From Eutreptiella sp. 'Long Island Sound 2002' (lineage: Eukaryota > Protista > Euglenida), in contig OZ038378.1 of the NCBI GenBank assembly GCA_964036045.1, positions 141,856,001-141,920,000 on the forward strand: DNA of 64,000 nucleotides. Direction: 5' to 3'. Of the stretch, positions 48,140 through 61,913 are shown piece by piece. The notes under the pieces were generated by a model. That model saw only the letters and a list, made by a program, of their open reading frames with translations. It was not told the DNA's origin and did not search any database. Position 1 is the first letter of the stretch. Every line of letters starts with the position of its first letter. The position numbers and the translations under genes were made by a program.

Positions 48140-49300
48140 TTAGGCAGTAGGAAGACCGCGGATCATTACTAAAATAGTGGCAGTACAACGAATCGAAGGT
48201 GTATCAACAGAGCCCATGGTGTGTGTGGGGCGGGAAATGGTGCCCAGATGTGGTGGTTTATGAAGGTAGATGGCATTGGTGACCAGGAGGATATTTGGCT
48301 TTGTGAGAGCATGGAAATAGTGCAGCATCGGGGCAAGGCTTGGGCAAGAAATGCAGGGAGTGGGGGTACGTGCAGTCAATGGAGGAGCGGTTTGGGGTAG
48401 TGCTAGTCGGCATGATTGAAGGGCCTGGGGCGTGCTTAGGGGGGTGGACGGCACTGAGATCAATGCTTCAATGATGCGCTGCTGGAAGTGTCCAATTTCT
48501 CGTTGCGCCTCACGTACGTTTCTGTGGTGTGTACAATGAGGTGGGAACAACCGGCCGAGCAATGATGTGCACGTCTCAACGTACGCGATTGGTGCACTGC
48601 AGGGCAGCACATGCAGCCCATATGATTTTGGGATCCGGCTCCCATCGGAACTGAGGATGTTTGATTGCAACCTGTTGGTGACATTTTGCAAGAATGCCCC
48701 TTTGTGGGGCCTCCAAAAAGTGTCTTCCCTTGTCTCCACCAAACTGCACTGTAATTGAAATCGGTCTGACAATGCGTCCTGCAACTTGTTTTGTTTGACG
48801 ATGATGCACATGATTGCTTTCAATGATTCAAAACAAGTTATTCTCCAATCGGAGTTTTCAGAAATGGTGGTATGGCACAGTTGCTTAGTAGGGGCTCCAA
48901 AAAAAGATGTACCACTTTACCCGCAAACGTTTGCTGTTGGACAGTCATTGATTTTACCCCTTCAAACCGATCTCCTCATTTGCATTCAACGTTCGGAATT
49001 TTCAGATATTGCAACAATTTATTTGTGCTATGTGGGTGCTACGCCGCTTATAGGGCAGGTACATAGCCCACTAGGTTGCCTTTCCAGGGGATAACCGTGC
49101 AAGGGGCTTTGTGCTACATGGCAGGCTGCTAGACGCCATGGGTGTTGGGGCCCAGAGGGAACGGGACAACGGTGGCCCGTATTTGGGACCAAGTGGTCTT
49201 CCAAGGTTTTGAGGCTTGAGCAGCGCTGGAATGTGGGCTTGGTGATGAGGATATGGCGTGCTTGTTGCACTGTGCATGCCTCTCCTAAGTCCTTGGGGAC
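48140..49300 (-). mobile_element. Possible decayed non-LTR element C-terminal region inside the kinase intron
   Basis: 227-aa ORF remnant and neighbouring frames with PK..G.. segments (RIPKSYGL, RVPKDLG); no diagnostic RT core seen. Confidence 0.3.
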
Positions 49301-49801
49301 CCGGAGAGTATGGTTCGGACACTACACAAAAGAGCTTGGACGGGCATGGGAGGCTGGAGGGGGGGGGTGAACCTCCTTCCCCCGCGGTAATGATAGGAGC
49401 ATCGGACCCCACGAAGTTAGTGGCATTTCCTACCCACCGAGGGACCACAATCATCCAAAGCCAGCAGCCCCTGTTGTCTACTTCGCGTAGCTAATTGAAA
49501 ACAATCTGTTCCTGGTCTTTTGTCGCTCACGTTGAATGTCCACGTACACACATCCGCTACACATGCAATTCAATACTATGCTTCACGCCCCTTTATGCGC
49601 AAAATTGCTGGTTTTTTCACGCCCCACACCGGGGCTGTACCGTGCCAGAGCATTGAGAAAGGGGTCTCTTATTGATTGCATGGTGCACCGAATATGCAAT
49701 ATAATTCCCCATTTCCTCCGAATAGTGATTGTTTCAATATCACAACTATAATCTATAAACAATCCTCTTTAAACTCCATCCCAATGCCTTTCCTTGCACA
49801 G

Positions 49802-50287
49802 GTTCAAACGTTCGAATATCTTCCACCAGATGAAACACTGTCCTGTGCATCTGATGTCTGGGCGCTTGCAATGTGTGTGCTCGAAATTCAGAAGCAGGCC
49901 ACGCCTTTGACCGCTCTGGATGTTACAGCTCTTCACTATGGCTACCGTCACAATTTGCAAGATCTTGTCGAACATGTGCACAACATGGTCCTAGCCATCG
50001 TCGAACAATTGAACCCAGCTGTTCGGAAGATCATGGCATGTGCCGTGGCCATAAATCCAGGAGACCGACCACCCGCTTTGACTGTGTATGAGACTTTCCT
50101 ATCAGCGCTGCAAGACAGGAGTGACAAGCATCGTGTGTTTTTCGACTCTTACATTGAGCCTTTTGTTCCACGCCAACCAGCGACGGAAAAGGTGCCAGCC
50201 TATGCAACCCGTGATTTCGTGGAGGCCGGAGATACCAAGGCTCTAGATGATATTCTTACGCTGCTTTCCCCGTATTTGGATAAATAG
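49802..50287 (+). CDS. Kinase-fold gene exon 4 (C-lobe)
   Basis: GCACAG|GTT acceptor, phase 0; VQTFEYLPPD, ASDVWALAMCVLE, NPGDRP. Confidence 0.8.
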   Translation, partial: VQTFEYLPPDETLSCASDVWALAMCVLEIQKQATPLTALDVTALHYGYRHNLQDLVEHVHNMVLAIVEQLNPAVRKIMACAVAINPGDRPPALTVYETFLSALQDRSDKHRVFFDSYIEPFVPRQPATEKVPAYATRDFVEAGDTKALDDILTLLSPYLDK

Positions 50288-52956
50288 GAAGGTAAATACC
50301 TCTCCTCTTCTCTCAGCATGTCACCCCTCTTGGTGACCCTCCCCCACATTACCAAAGAGGACACTTTGCACGCTTTCTTGATCTAGGGTCTCGAACGTTA
50401 GCATTTTGATTTGCAACCGGACGAGCAATTTCAGGAGCTTGTTCTCTCCACAATTTTTCAACCGTGCATTGTTAGTGTCACGAGTAGGTCCTTTTCCATT
50501 TTCCACTCGATCCAAGTGTTTGTTGTCAGAACCTCGACTTGCAATTCATCGTCAAAAACAGGTGACATCAAAATGTTTGTGGCTGTGGCGCCGCACAGTT
50601 TAGTATTGGCATCACTTTTGGTCTGAACCTCCGTTGTCTGCACTGTCCCAAAAAACATTATTTTAAGACCCTGGGTTGATGGCGCCCCCCATCACATAGT
50701 GCACCCCAAGTTATTGGTTCAGGACGGCGTCAACATCGCTGACGGACAACACGGCATCCTTTCCCAACAACAGCCGTGGGGGTCCCTTTGCTGCTCCAGC
50801 AGCTGTACAAACTCCGTCCTCGGAAATCACGAAGTGGCTTTCAAAACGGCAATAGACAGACTATGTGCATTGAGGGTGGTGTTGCGAAGGACACCCCAGG
50901 TAGTATTGAAGAGGACACCTGACAGCTTGTTCTTAAGACTAGAAGCGGGGCCTCATACCCGTGCAAATGAAGCATATTCCTTCTGTCCCTTCCCCCCTCT
51001 CCATGTCATTGGCTTCCTTGCATCATGTGAAGCGCACCATGATTTCGGGGAGTCGATATCCTGCTTTGTTGTTTGCCTTGTGGTATCCTTGTGCCATTGC
51101 ACTACCACCACACCATTGCATCGCTGTGTTTGGGGTGTGTGTGATGGAGAAGACTGTGCTAGTGTTCTTTCGGCTTTGCTGAGACCCAACGGTTTGCCTT
51201 TACTGTGCTATGACCCTGATGAAGTCTGATTTGTGGTGGTACAGGACCGGGTTCTGCGTGACTCCCTGCCAGGTGCCTTACCTACGATTGGCTCATGAAG
51301 GCGAGCTTCATTGAACTGTTTCGGTTTGCCATGTCCAGTCGACACCAGCACCCGATGCTTCATTGCACGAGGGACCTCTCTTTTGTTGCAGCACCACTTT
51401 TGTCTCACGAAACGGGTTTGGGTGTGGGTGTAGGTGTAGGTGTCAGTCTGGGTGTTGTGGTGTGCTCTTGCTGTTTGCTGTACCGCCAGTCTAGCAAACT
51501 GGCACCCCCTTCCCCTTGCCATCTAACAAGAAGCCACTGGTCCCCCCCTGGTTTCGACATTTCTAATGCCCGTTCGGTTGTAGCATAGATTGCGAAATCT
51601 CCCAGCAGCAATTGCTCTGCCAGAAAACGGAATGCTAAAACAAACTGCCTTCTTTCCGAAGGTGTTGTCAGGGTAGCATGGTGCACATCCCGGTGCATCT
51701 GCCCACCAGCTGCAGACGCAAATTTATTTGTCACATAGTATGCAAACACCTGCCCGGAGGAGTTCGCACTGTGCAAAAAATGTCCAGTGTGCAGGCAACT
51801 TCCAAACCGTCTTCAAACCACTGAAGCAGGTTTCTGACATTGTGCAGACACATGCACACACTTTCATGCAGTGTGAGGCTGGCTGCATAGGGTTGCTTGC
51901 AGTGTGCACCCACCGTAGTTTCCGAAAGGATGGGTTTGCATTTGAAATGCATCAGAGTCCAGCATTCCTCCAAGTACCTGACGTTAGCCGTATGGGCTGA
52001 TGCAATCCTTTGGATTGGAGCATAACAAGGTGTTTGATGATGGCTCTATGAAATTTGTTCGCTCTGTATCCTTCTAGTCATTTTCTTCCTTGAAGTGGAT
52101 GATTAGTGTAGCATAAGAAATATTTGCCGTTGCCAAGGTATTGATACTGTTCAGTGCATTATTCCCACGAGAGTGTCATGAGAATGGGTATCCTGAGCTC
52201 TCTCCCTACTGACGCATTTGCTGCTTTCTGCATGGTTTTCAGATGTTTTTTCAGCAGCTTGATGCTGCTCAGGTCGATGCATTTCAGGAATATCAAATTT
52301 GTATGCTTTGTGAAGTGAATTCTTTATCATTGAGGTGTGATGCATCGCCTGGTGCACCCTAGACCAACATAGGCTTCATTCTTTTTATTTTTTGTAGTGT
52401 TGTGTGTCTTATTGTGTTCATTTTCTGTTTGCTAGAGACTGTGTTGTATTTTCCCCACTCAATTAGGGTTGATCTGGCGGCGTGGGGCCACACGGGAAGT
52501 GTTGTCGACCGTGCCATCCACGGCGCCCATGATTGCGGGGGCAATACCTCCTAGGGCTAGGGTTCCTGACCCCGAACACTGTAGCACGTATGCCCACCCA
52601 AGCGGTGCGAATACCCACACCGAGCGTACCCGAATGTCCCCCTGCGACCAGGGAAGGCAAAGCGGTGCCTCCGCGGATAGCACGGCTAACACTTCAACTG
52701 CAACCGTCACCTAAGGCTTCAACAGTGGGCCTGGCACAAGCGCACACAATGCGTGTGGCACCAGCAAGGGCACTAGTGCCTAGACCATGCCCCACAAAAC
52801 CACCCCACCCAACATCTGTCCCACAGCCAACACAAGACGCAGTATGCGTTGGGGCGAGTATGCCCTAACGGTCGCGTTAGCAATCGCAGGATGCCACGGC
52901 ACACAGCAACTCGGGAATGTCCTGTTGGCCCCCGGTAGTCACATCCAGCTGGACAA

Positions 52957-54373
52957 GTGCCTTTTCGCCCTCCCCGGCGGGACCCCATGTGGTCACCAGC
53001 AGTAGCCTCTGGGGCCGCCATAGATGACACGTTGCGGCCAATGTGCTTAGATGACCTACTATCACGTGAAGCTAGCCGCCCAATGAGCCCTGACCATCAT
53101 TGTGACTCTGATGACAACTGGGAAATGCCCATCAACGGGGGTTTCCTTGACAGTGAGCCACCGATTAGAGGGGAACCACCAGCCGAGTGCAATGAGGATG
53201 ATGGATATGAGGTGCCAATGGTACCCTTAGAGAGCGTCGGGGGTGGGGCTGCACCCCCCCCCCCCCCCAACCAGGGTATGCCAGAGTCTGTAGGGCCATC
53301 CCAGGGCAAGCCACAGTGAATGGCAACGCCCCCTTCCAAATGAGGCATAGCCTTCCCCTGCAACATCACACCATGGTGTACAGCATGCAGCCTAACCCGC
53401 CACTGTCGCCCAGATGGCCCCACATGGCCGGGTAAACCACAGAGCAAACATAACCACGGTAGTGTGGCTTGGAGGTGCCGCCACATATTTATTGTTAACA
53501 GTGACGATTGTGAACGGCTCCATTGGCTTCTTTGTGCCATCGACTGCAAAGTCCCAGTATGGGCCTTCAAAGTCCACATTTGGGAGCCACTTTGTGGTAA
53601 TTCTTTGGTCTAGCCAATGTTGAGATGCCTCCAGTCAAAGGGTGTTGCTGCACATTGTCAAGCTTTGGGTTTTCAAGAGGATGGTTGGTCATGTGGCTAT
53701 CAATCGCTGCATCTTTGTGATGAGGTTGCTGGCCAAAGGGGAAGCCTGGACGATGTTGTTGTTACACCTATGCCGAAAGGATGCATCAAGGAAGCACTGC
53801 GCATCATCAATCCAGATCGCTCCGTCCGAGTCTCCGGCACCATCCCGGAGATTGGGTGGGAGGGGGAGGTGACTTGCCGGAAGCCTGGAGAATCTCCTCC
53901 TGCCCAAGCCTCCAACCCTGAGTCCCCGCCCCCATCTACTTCCCCTCTCTCTTTTGATGAATACGATCCTCTTGCGGACTCCGAGGGCAACATTGCTGCC
54001 TCCTCCTCGGAGCCAACAGTTGGAGAATCTCCTGCCTTCCCGGCCTCCAACTCTGAGGACGTGCCCCAAGATGGGAAGTCAGTGAAGGGCAATGTTAAGG
54101 CCCCTCTACAGACCCCGTAGTCCATTTCCTCTTCTAACCCCCCCCACAAGTGATGATGCCCGTCCATACATGTTCATCCGTGGGAAGCTTTTCAAGGTGC
54201 CCGAGGCGTACCCAAAGGGCGCAAAGGGTCGGTTGGGGAACGACCAACGATTTATTCGAGAGTTTGAAGAGTTCCTTGCGAAGGACATCCGTGACGTTTG
54301 TGCGCGGAACACGAAGGCATCGGACACAAAGTCTGATTTGATCTACAAGCGTGTGTTTGGCGACTTCTTGTAG
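52957..54373 (+). pseudogene. Decayed Ulp1/C48-type cysteine peptidase gene, probably transposon-borne
   Basis: One frame from 52957 with internal stops: IFIVNSD..LHWLLCAID..HIWEPL..GFQEDGWSCGY (His 53521, Gln 53674, Cys 53692); TAG at 53611. Confidence 0.7.
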
Positions 54374-56399
54374 TTGGCCCCGCGCCATTATGGTTGCACG
54401 TGAATAATGTAGTTGGCCCGAGGTGACCGGACTCAGGTAGTATCGCTGGCTTGAGCTTCGTAGCCGGTGGCACCAACAACAATATAGTCATTTTGATACG
54501 ACGTTCCAAAGGCCGAAGGGCAAATTGCATTTTTTGTTTGCGGTCATGATGAGTGTGCTCCACGTTATTTCCGCCATCTGCCGGCGATGCGTACAAAAAC
54601 CACCCTTCACGCCACGGCTCCATTGCTTTACCCGTGCCGGAGGTACCCAACATGTCCGTGGGGGCTATATGCTTCGCCTCCTCCGGTAGAAATGGCGGTT
54701 GTTGGGTGGTTCTTGTGTTTCCCTGCCTGTTTTTTTTTTGAAAAGGGGTTTTTTTTCCCCGTACGCGACTTACGCCAAAAAAGTTTTCCGTCAAAAAAAC
54801 GTGACTTACGCCGAACAAAAAGCGACTTACGCTTATTTCCACAATCGAGCCACGCTTTCCTCCTCATGATGCTTGACACCTGCAAATCCTAGTGAAGCAG
54901 CAATTAATGTGATGTGCTGTGATAGAAGTCAGACCTGCTGGCTGTAGTTCACTATGGATTCAGTGCACAAACACCACCACTCTGGTCCCGCAAGCTATAC
55001 AACACCCGCTTTAACATCCGAGCTTGCTCTCCCATGCCCGCTGGCGATTTCAACTGCATGGGTTGTGCAATAGCAGATGTGCTGTCTACAACCAGATGTA
55101 TTTGGACCCACTCGGGATTGCAAGCCAATGTGACAACCATCTCCAGTTATTTTGTTTTTCCGCTCTCAGAGTCCGTTTTCCTGTTTTTGATTTGCTTTGT
55201 AACTTGTTTGGAATTTCATCTGATTATACTGTTTGTGGGAATTCGAACTCCACTCTTCGGGACACAGGCGCCCCTACTTCACGAGCAGACACCACATGCC
55301 GCCCATGATCCTGAACCTGAGAAAGTGCTGTGAAATCAGGCCATTTTGTGCAGGTCAATTTTCTCCCACTTTTTATGTGTGGTGCCACCTACGAGGGGTG
55401 AAAAATGAAGTGCAGCAAAAAAAAATGAGTATGACAAAGGAGGACAAGATGGATGCTTTGGTTTGATGTGCATGCCCTAAACGCTTGTTTACGAGCCTTG
55501 GGAGTATATGCGCGATTCAGACATCTTTCTTGCTCAGCCTGTCATTTTTATGGCTTGGCAAGCCCAAGACCGTTGCCCTGCCTAGCAGCGACCGCACAGC
55601 ACTAATCTTTGTGAAGCAACCTTTGGGCCGGAATGTCTTGACCGTCGAGTACGGCACAACGAGACACTCACGAAATTGATGCTGCTATGACTTCATTTGC
55701 ATGCCCAAAACACCTATTTCTCGTTCCCGTCTTCCCCTGTGACAATTTGTGCGTGATTTGGTTTTCTCGTGCTTGTGACCCACCCTGTCTCGGACCACTC
55801 GGCACACAAATGAAGCTGACGATAGTGACAGAAAGTCTTGGGATACAGACTTGACAAACTAGTTGAGTTGCCTATACAAGATACCGTCCACAGCAGAATA
55901 ACCCACAAATATGGCAAGGTACAAGGGCATTCAGTATGCATATTTGTGGACAAAAGAAGTCAATTTTCTACACTCCACTTTTTGTTGCACAACGCAGGGA
56001 TTTTGCTCACAACCAAGTTCAAAAGCCACCCATTTCTACCATTTTGATGGAGGATGCTATTGACCCATATTTACGAGTCAGCATGCCTTGTCTACTGAAC
56101 CCCCAATTCCAATCCTTGCACCGACCCCAATACCCATCTCCCCTGCTGACGCTCGGCAATACCTACCAGCTTTGTACTGACTGTCCATACCACAATACCA
56201 GTCTCTAGAGCAACACACCATACCAACCCTTGTACCAAACCCCATACGAACCTACTTTACCAATTGTGCAGCACCAATTTACCATGCTTGGCACACATGC
56301 GCGCTGTCTGAGGTTGTTTCATGCGCATTTTAGATAGCGCATGACCTTGTGTAGCCACAAAATTCTGCCCATGAAAAGGTAATAGTTCTTGGACAGTTG

Positions 56400-57150
56400 T
56401 GCATGTACTGCCTTCATTCACCAGAACAACAACCAAAGAATAGTCACAGGCCAAGGTACTAAGTGATCCAATTGAATAGACTTCAAGCCAATTTAAGCCA
56501 GATGGGTGGTTGTTTCGTGAGTGGACCAGAGGCAAGTCTCAGGCTATTCATGGTACGTGCATGCTCAATGGCAACACATTTCGCGATGCAGTGGGGTACC
56601 AAGCTAGATTGGGCCAAGAGCACTCGGTATAGCCCTGATGGATTGGCGGGTCTCCCCACTGGATGGGAACCATGGCATTGCACCCGGAAGAGTGTGTGGG
56701 GTGGGGGGGTGGGGGGGGGTGGCAGTGTGCCCAAGGATGCATTGGGGCAAGGGCGAGGTGTCAGGCGCTGCTATGAAGGCGTTGCAACTGGGTTGACAAA
56801 GGGTCTGCAGTGGTTATTGTCGGTGATAAATGCCCTTGAGGGGCACCATTGAAGGAGAGAGGGCTGTATCGCATGCTCGGCATGCAAAAAGCGGGTTGGG
56901 GTGGGAGGGCTGACCTCCCCTTCTCCAAATCCTCTTTTAGCACTGCTTTGGGCTCCGGCAAGGGTTGCGTGCTGCTTGGCCCTAGGATTGCTGTGAGTGA
57001 AAATGGCGACTCCAAACCGCTTGCCAAACGATGATCAATTTTCTTAGAACCAACAGTGCACGTGGGTAAGGTACACACCAAGGTACACAAACCGTTTGAA
57101 GTAGCCTGAAGGCAGTGCCATGCAATGCACGATCATGCAGTGCATTACCA
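56400..57150 (-). mobile_element. Possible decayed non-LTR RT C-terminal fragment
   Basis: KRFVYLGVYL (RT motif 7-like) followed by broken frames. Confidence 0.35.
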
Positions 57151-57559
57151 GTACAAAGAGACCGCCCAGTATTCTGCGGACAAGGAGGTTCAGGAGGTGC
57201 ACAGATGCGCCGTGTGCCTCTTGCAGTCTGCCTTCACATATGCTGCACCCATGACTTTGACCTCTCTCCACTATTCTTTCTCGCACCCTCTGCCGCCTAC
57301 TTCACCTGAGAGACAGGGTTCCCGATCAAATAAAACCCGGGGCCGTAGGCTTGCAACACACCAGAAAGGCAACAGACAACGAAGGAGGAAGTGATTGGCA
57401 CGTAAGAGACCCGTCTAGAGTGATGATGGGTTGACTCTACTCGAGGGCCACGGTGCCTTTCCGGCGTACCAGGCTCATATGCCAGTGAAAATGGCCATGA
57501 GGTCATCCGACGAGACAGGGGTGAGGGACAATTTGGTGCGGGGATTATTTCACCGGGGA

Positions 57560-58190
57560 AAATCACCTCAAAGAGAGGTTGTTAGATCAAGCGCAAGCGT
57601 GGGTGTTGTACACCACCCTTTTCGGGTATCATTTGCGTAGCATACCCGAAAGGATGATATTTGATGTCCAACCCCTTGTAAAATCATTATTTTGCCCAAC
57701 CAGACAATCCCCCAATGGATTTTTTGATTCTGAGGCCTCTATCCCCTGAAACTGGATATCACTTTTTTTGGGGGGGGGGTTCAAAAGTTTAAAAGTTTGT
57801 GCTCAGAACGGTTCAAGCAGTGGGGAGAACAGCCCCTGTCAGAACAAGTGGTGGTGGAATGGTAATGCAGCCGACTGCGGACATGCAGGTCGGCGGTTCC
57901 ATTCCCGGCTGGACGGCTATCGCAGCTGCACTCGGCCGACCGGGATTCAAACTGCCGACCTGCATGCCTGCGGTCGGCTGTTTTACCACTCGACCGTTGC
58001 TTGTTCTACAGCAGCTGTCCTCCCCACTGCTTGAAGCCGAGTATGCCACTTAAAAAAAACCCAAACTGTGTGTTTTTGTCTGCCTGCTTGCTTGCCCGAC
58101 TGACTGTGTGACTGATTGCTGGCTTGACTAACTGACTGGTTGGCTGACTGTCAGTCTCTCTTCGAGGTGCACTGCCGAAGGCAATAGAAT
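57560..58190 (+). repeat. Dispersed repeat family A, copy 3 (best-preserved fold-back, 57812-58035)
   Basis: 22-bp inverted arms (21/22 match) enclosing two convergent A-box/B-box modules. Confidence 0.88.
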
Positions 58191-58396
58191 TTCGGAAGGG
58201 GAAAATTTGGCCACCTTTGCAAATACCAAAGTTTACACTGCCTCACGCACACACTGCGCTGCCAAAGCCCCCAGATTTCGCCAGGGGAAAATTTTGGCAC
58301 ATGCCTTAAAGGGGGAGCGTTAGCGCGCCGGGCGCGCGCCGGGCATCTTTTTTGACCTGTGCCCCACCGATGACCTTTTAGGGGCTGCACTAAGCA

Positions 58397-58625
58397 CAAC
58401 TATTTGGACGTCTAGCTGTCCTAGAACCCCATACTTTGTGATACTATGGGCATTATTGTTGTTTGACAAGGGGTATTTTGATGCTTCTTTCACATTTGGG
58501 ATATGGTATATTTGTATTCTCACCCAGTTTCACCGATTTTCTTCCATTTTTTGCTCGTTTCCACCACATCCACTCCTTACTAGGTTGATTTCTCCCCACC
58601 ATGGGGACCCCAAGAATGCAGGGGT
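58397..58625 (+). repeat. Dispersed repeat module B, copy 2
   Basis: Similar to 16964-17210. Confidence 0.8.
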
Positions 58626-61600
58626 AATGTAGCCATATTGATTTCTCCCCACCATGGGGACCCCGAGAAGGCAAGAGTGATGCAGCGAATACTGAGTTTG
58701 CCCTTTGTTCTTATGACGTGAGGCAGAAACGCCGTCCAAACCGCTTGCGGCTTGGGGACTCATTACCATAGCGAAATCTATGGGAAAGGTAAAGGCAAAG
58801 TACCGTTTGTTAAGTACAATACAAAAGACGTTTGGAGTTGTTGAATTCACAGCTATTGTCTAATTATGCAACGTGCTTTGTAGGGAAGGTGTGCAGTCCA
58901 TAATGGTCTATTTGGGGGGCCTTCTCCATCAGAGGGTAAATCTCGGGCTGAAGTCGGGATAGTTAATAGAAAGGTAGCACGCCGGGCGCGTGCCGAGTGC
59001 GCGCCGGGCGCGCGCCGGGCAAACATTCCCCCAAAGACAAAAATTTCCCACAAAATTATCCCTGCCCGAGATTATCCCCCTCGTTTTGCACCCCTTGCGA
59101 GGCTCCGCTTTGATGCGGAGCCCTGCCGGTCTGTGGAGATGAGAGTGATTTTTGAACACCGCTCCTGGGGACTCACGTCACATTGGACGCTCAACTCCGA
59201 TGGAATTTTTTGCAGGACTGGGCTCAGCGCGTAGTGCCCAGAGCTCATTGGGAATTCGAGACCACTTGGTGGTTTGGCTCTCAAATGGTCCACCGGGAGA
59301 TGATGAAGCCCTCGAACAGATAACTGTCGCACTTAGGCGGTTTGGGATTCAAATGGTCCACCAGGAGATGATGGAAGCCCTCGAACAAGTAACTGTCGCA
59401 TTTAGGGGGGAGTTTGCCCTGCACGCGCCCTGCGCGCTACTTCCGTATTAACTATCCTGAAGGGTCCACAGTGGTGAAAATTGGCCAAAATTGGCCTGCC
59501 AAACTTCGTGTTTGGGCATCGCGGGGGGGACCCCCTCCCCCACTATGGGAATGCTGTGCACACAGTGCGCCTGCAGTGCGCACGCACTTTTGTATGTCGG
59601 CAACTACTTGAACCCTAGTGTGGGCCTTTTTTCCCTAGTTGGTTGTTCCATAACAGAAAATTTTACGCTTCTTGTGCATTGAGGATGTAGCACATTTGAA
59701 TTGCCACCCATGTTCACCCATTTTCAGCCATTTTAGCCCATTTTTACCCGGTTTGTTGCACGTTCTTTGTTATAGGTGGATGCTGGAGTATGATGATGGG
59801 GAATCATTGGATGTTGTGTACATTCACAATTCAACAAATCGGCAAGTGGGTTGTTACACACTCCAAAGCGGATTCCAACCTTCATGGTCATTGCCTTGCT
59901 ATCTCTAGGAAACAATGTCTTTGTGGATTCTCTTTATGAGCCAGCACTTGAACTCTCCATCCGCACTCTCGGATCATTGCGATTCAGTAGCATGGTTTAT
60001 CAATAACGGCCCACATAGTGCTACATATTGCTACAAGTTGCACTCGGATGGGGTCAAGGCAGAATGCCTACGTCCCCAGAAGGCTGCCACCATCTTCCAA
60101 CACACTCACGCAACAACACAGTGCGCTTGGCCACGGCCACCAATCACCAAGTATATGAAGACCCTTGTGATGCTTGCATAAATGCATGGGGGTTTCCTCC
60201 CTTCCTACCTGGCTAGGTTTCATTGTGTCGGCACTGCACGCAGTGCCCACGCAGTGTGCTCGCAGTGCGCACGCAGTGCACCAACTTGGCCTATATTCAT
60301 CTGTGACGCTTGGTGGTACATCGGTGTCGTGTTAGAAGAATGTATTGAATGGGATGGGACAAGGGTGCAGATCCCTGGAAAGGCTACCATAAGGGCTTTG
60401 TGGGGGATTTGTCCTGCTGGTACTGGTGTGGGAGGGGCAGTCTTCACTTCGTGCCGCCGCGCGGACTGTGCCAAAATCCTATCCATGCAAGTGTGTGGAA
60501 TTTCTCGGGAGCATCATCTGGCGCTTGAAGTATGGCCGGGAAAAGGGGGAACACGCAAAAACGAAGAGAGGCCGGAAACAATCATGGAAAGTACAGAGGG
60601 AAGGTGGTGAAATGAATCTTGCATTGTGCCATGTTGCGGTGGAGGCAGCGCTTCAGCTTGGAGATATCACATGTAAATGGGACCCAGCGTCACCCCAACC
60701 CACCCCATAGGGAACGTGCAGAGCTGATTCAGCAGGCTGAAATGTAGATGGACAACCCACCGGATGTGTGGTTGTGTGCAGGCAGGTCGTCTACCATTGG
60801 GTGCAAGGGGGCGCAACACTCAGTCGCCGTCTGTCGACCACCATCTTGGTCCTTGAACTGGTTGACACCATTTTACGGTGCACGCCATTGGCGCAGGTTC
60901 GCCATATGTATGGTAAGCTATACTATTGGACTGAGGACACTGTGTTTGATTGCAAAAAAAAACAACAAGATCCAACGCCTCTCCAGTCCCCCACTGCCGC
61001 CAGGTGACGCTTGCATACCTCATCAGTATGAAGGGAGTTCATACACGTACCCATACATCTCAAGTCTATGTGTGCTGGTTGTGCTCATTCTTGCATTCCT
61101 CTTGTGTGAGCACGGCATTGTCTAAGGGGACGCCTTTGCACGCAGCAGTGCAAGAATTGTGCACTACCAGAAGTACTGAGTCCCTATTTCAAGCCTCATT
61201 CTGCTGTCGGTATCATGCGTCCTGGGCCAACGAGGATGTTGCTATGATGGCTTTCATGACCTCATGACCTCGTGGGCATTTAGTATGTGTGCCAGCAACA
61301 AGTGTAAATGCATTGCCCACACAGTGCAAAGCTGTTGCCTAAGCACCAGATCCACGTCCGACAGTTCTTCTCCTTGACATTGCAAGGGGGAAGCGGGTGC
61401 GGGGGGGGGGGGGGGCGCAGCGAGGCAGGTTGTGGACGGCCTGAGGACGGAGGTGTGTGGACAGCAAAAACAGTCAAACGACCCCCGCAACAGCCAGCAC
61501 AACCCCAATACGCCAACTACTGGGCGCCGCTGACGCCCAAACGGCACATCCCGCCACATCCAGCAAAGCCCCAGCACACCAACCACTGGGCTCCGAGTAC

Positions 61601-61913
61601 GTGGGAATGACACCAGCAGGAGCACCGGCCGCAGCGGCTGACAGGAAGCAGCGACCCGATGCAACATGCGAAGGGAAGAACGGGTGACTGTCCAGGGCCC
61701 CATAAAGAAACAACAACCCGACGGAATGTCACAAGGGGGGGGGGGGGGGCGACTTCTTTGTACACACGATTCGTCAAGTTTTTCCGCTTCTGGGAACGTC
61801 TCTGGGAACACTGTCAGATTGCCACCCGGAGCATCCGTTGGGCAGTGGCGTGCAGGTTGCTTTGCGTCACTGCTGTTGCTTGTTTTTCCGGAGTGTTGAT
61901 GTGCTGATGACTG

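Noticed and set aside
48145-48170. GTAGG..GCGGATCATTA resembling the 18S rRNA 3' end
   Set aside because: Short gapped match with no flanking rRNA sequence.
60290-61100. Broken coding-like frames suggesting a SET domain or Tc1-type HTH
   Set aside because: Two incompatible readings, several stops and frameshifts, no decisive motif.
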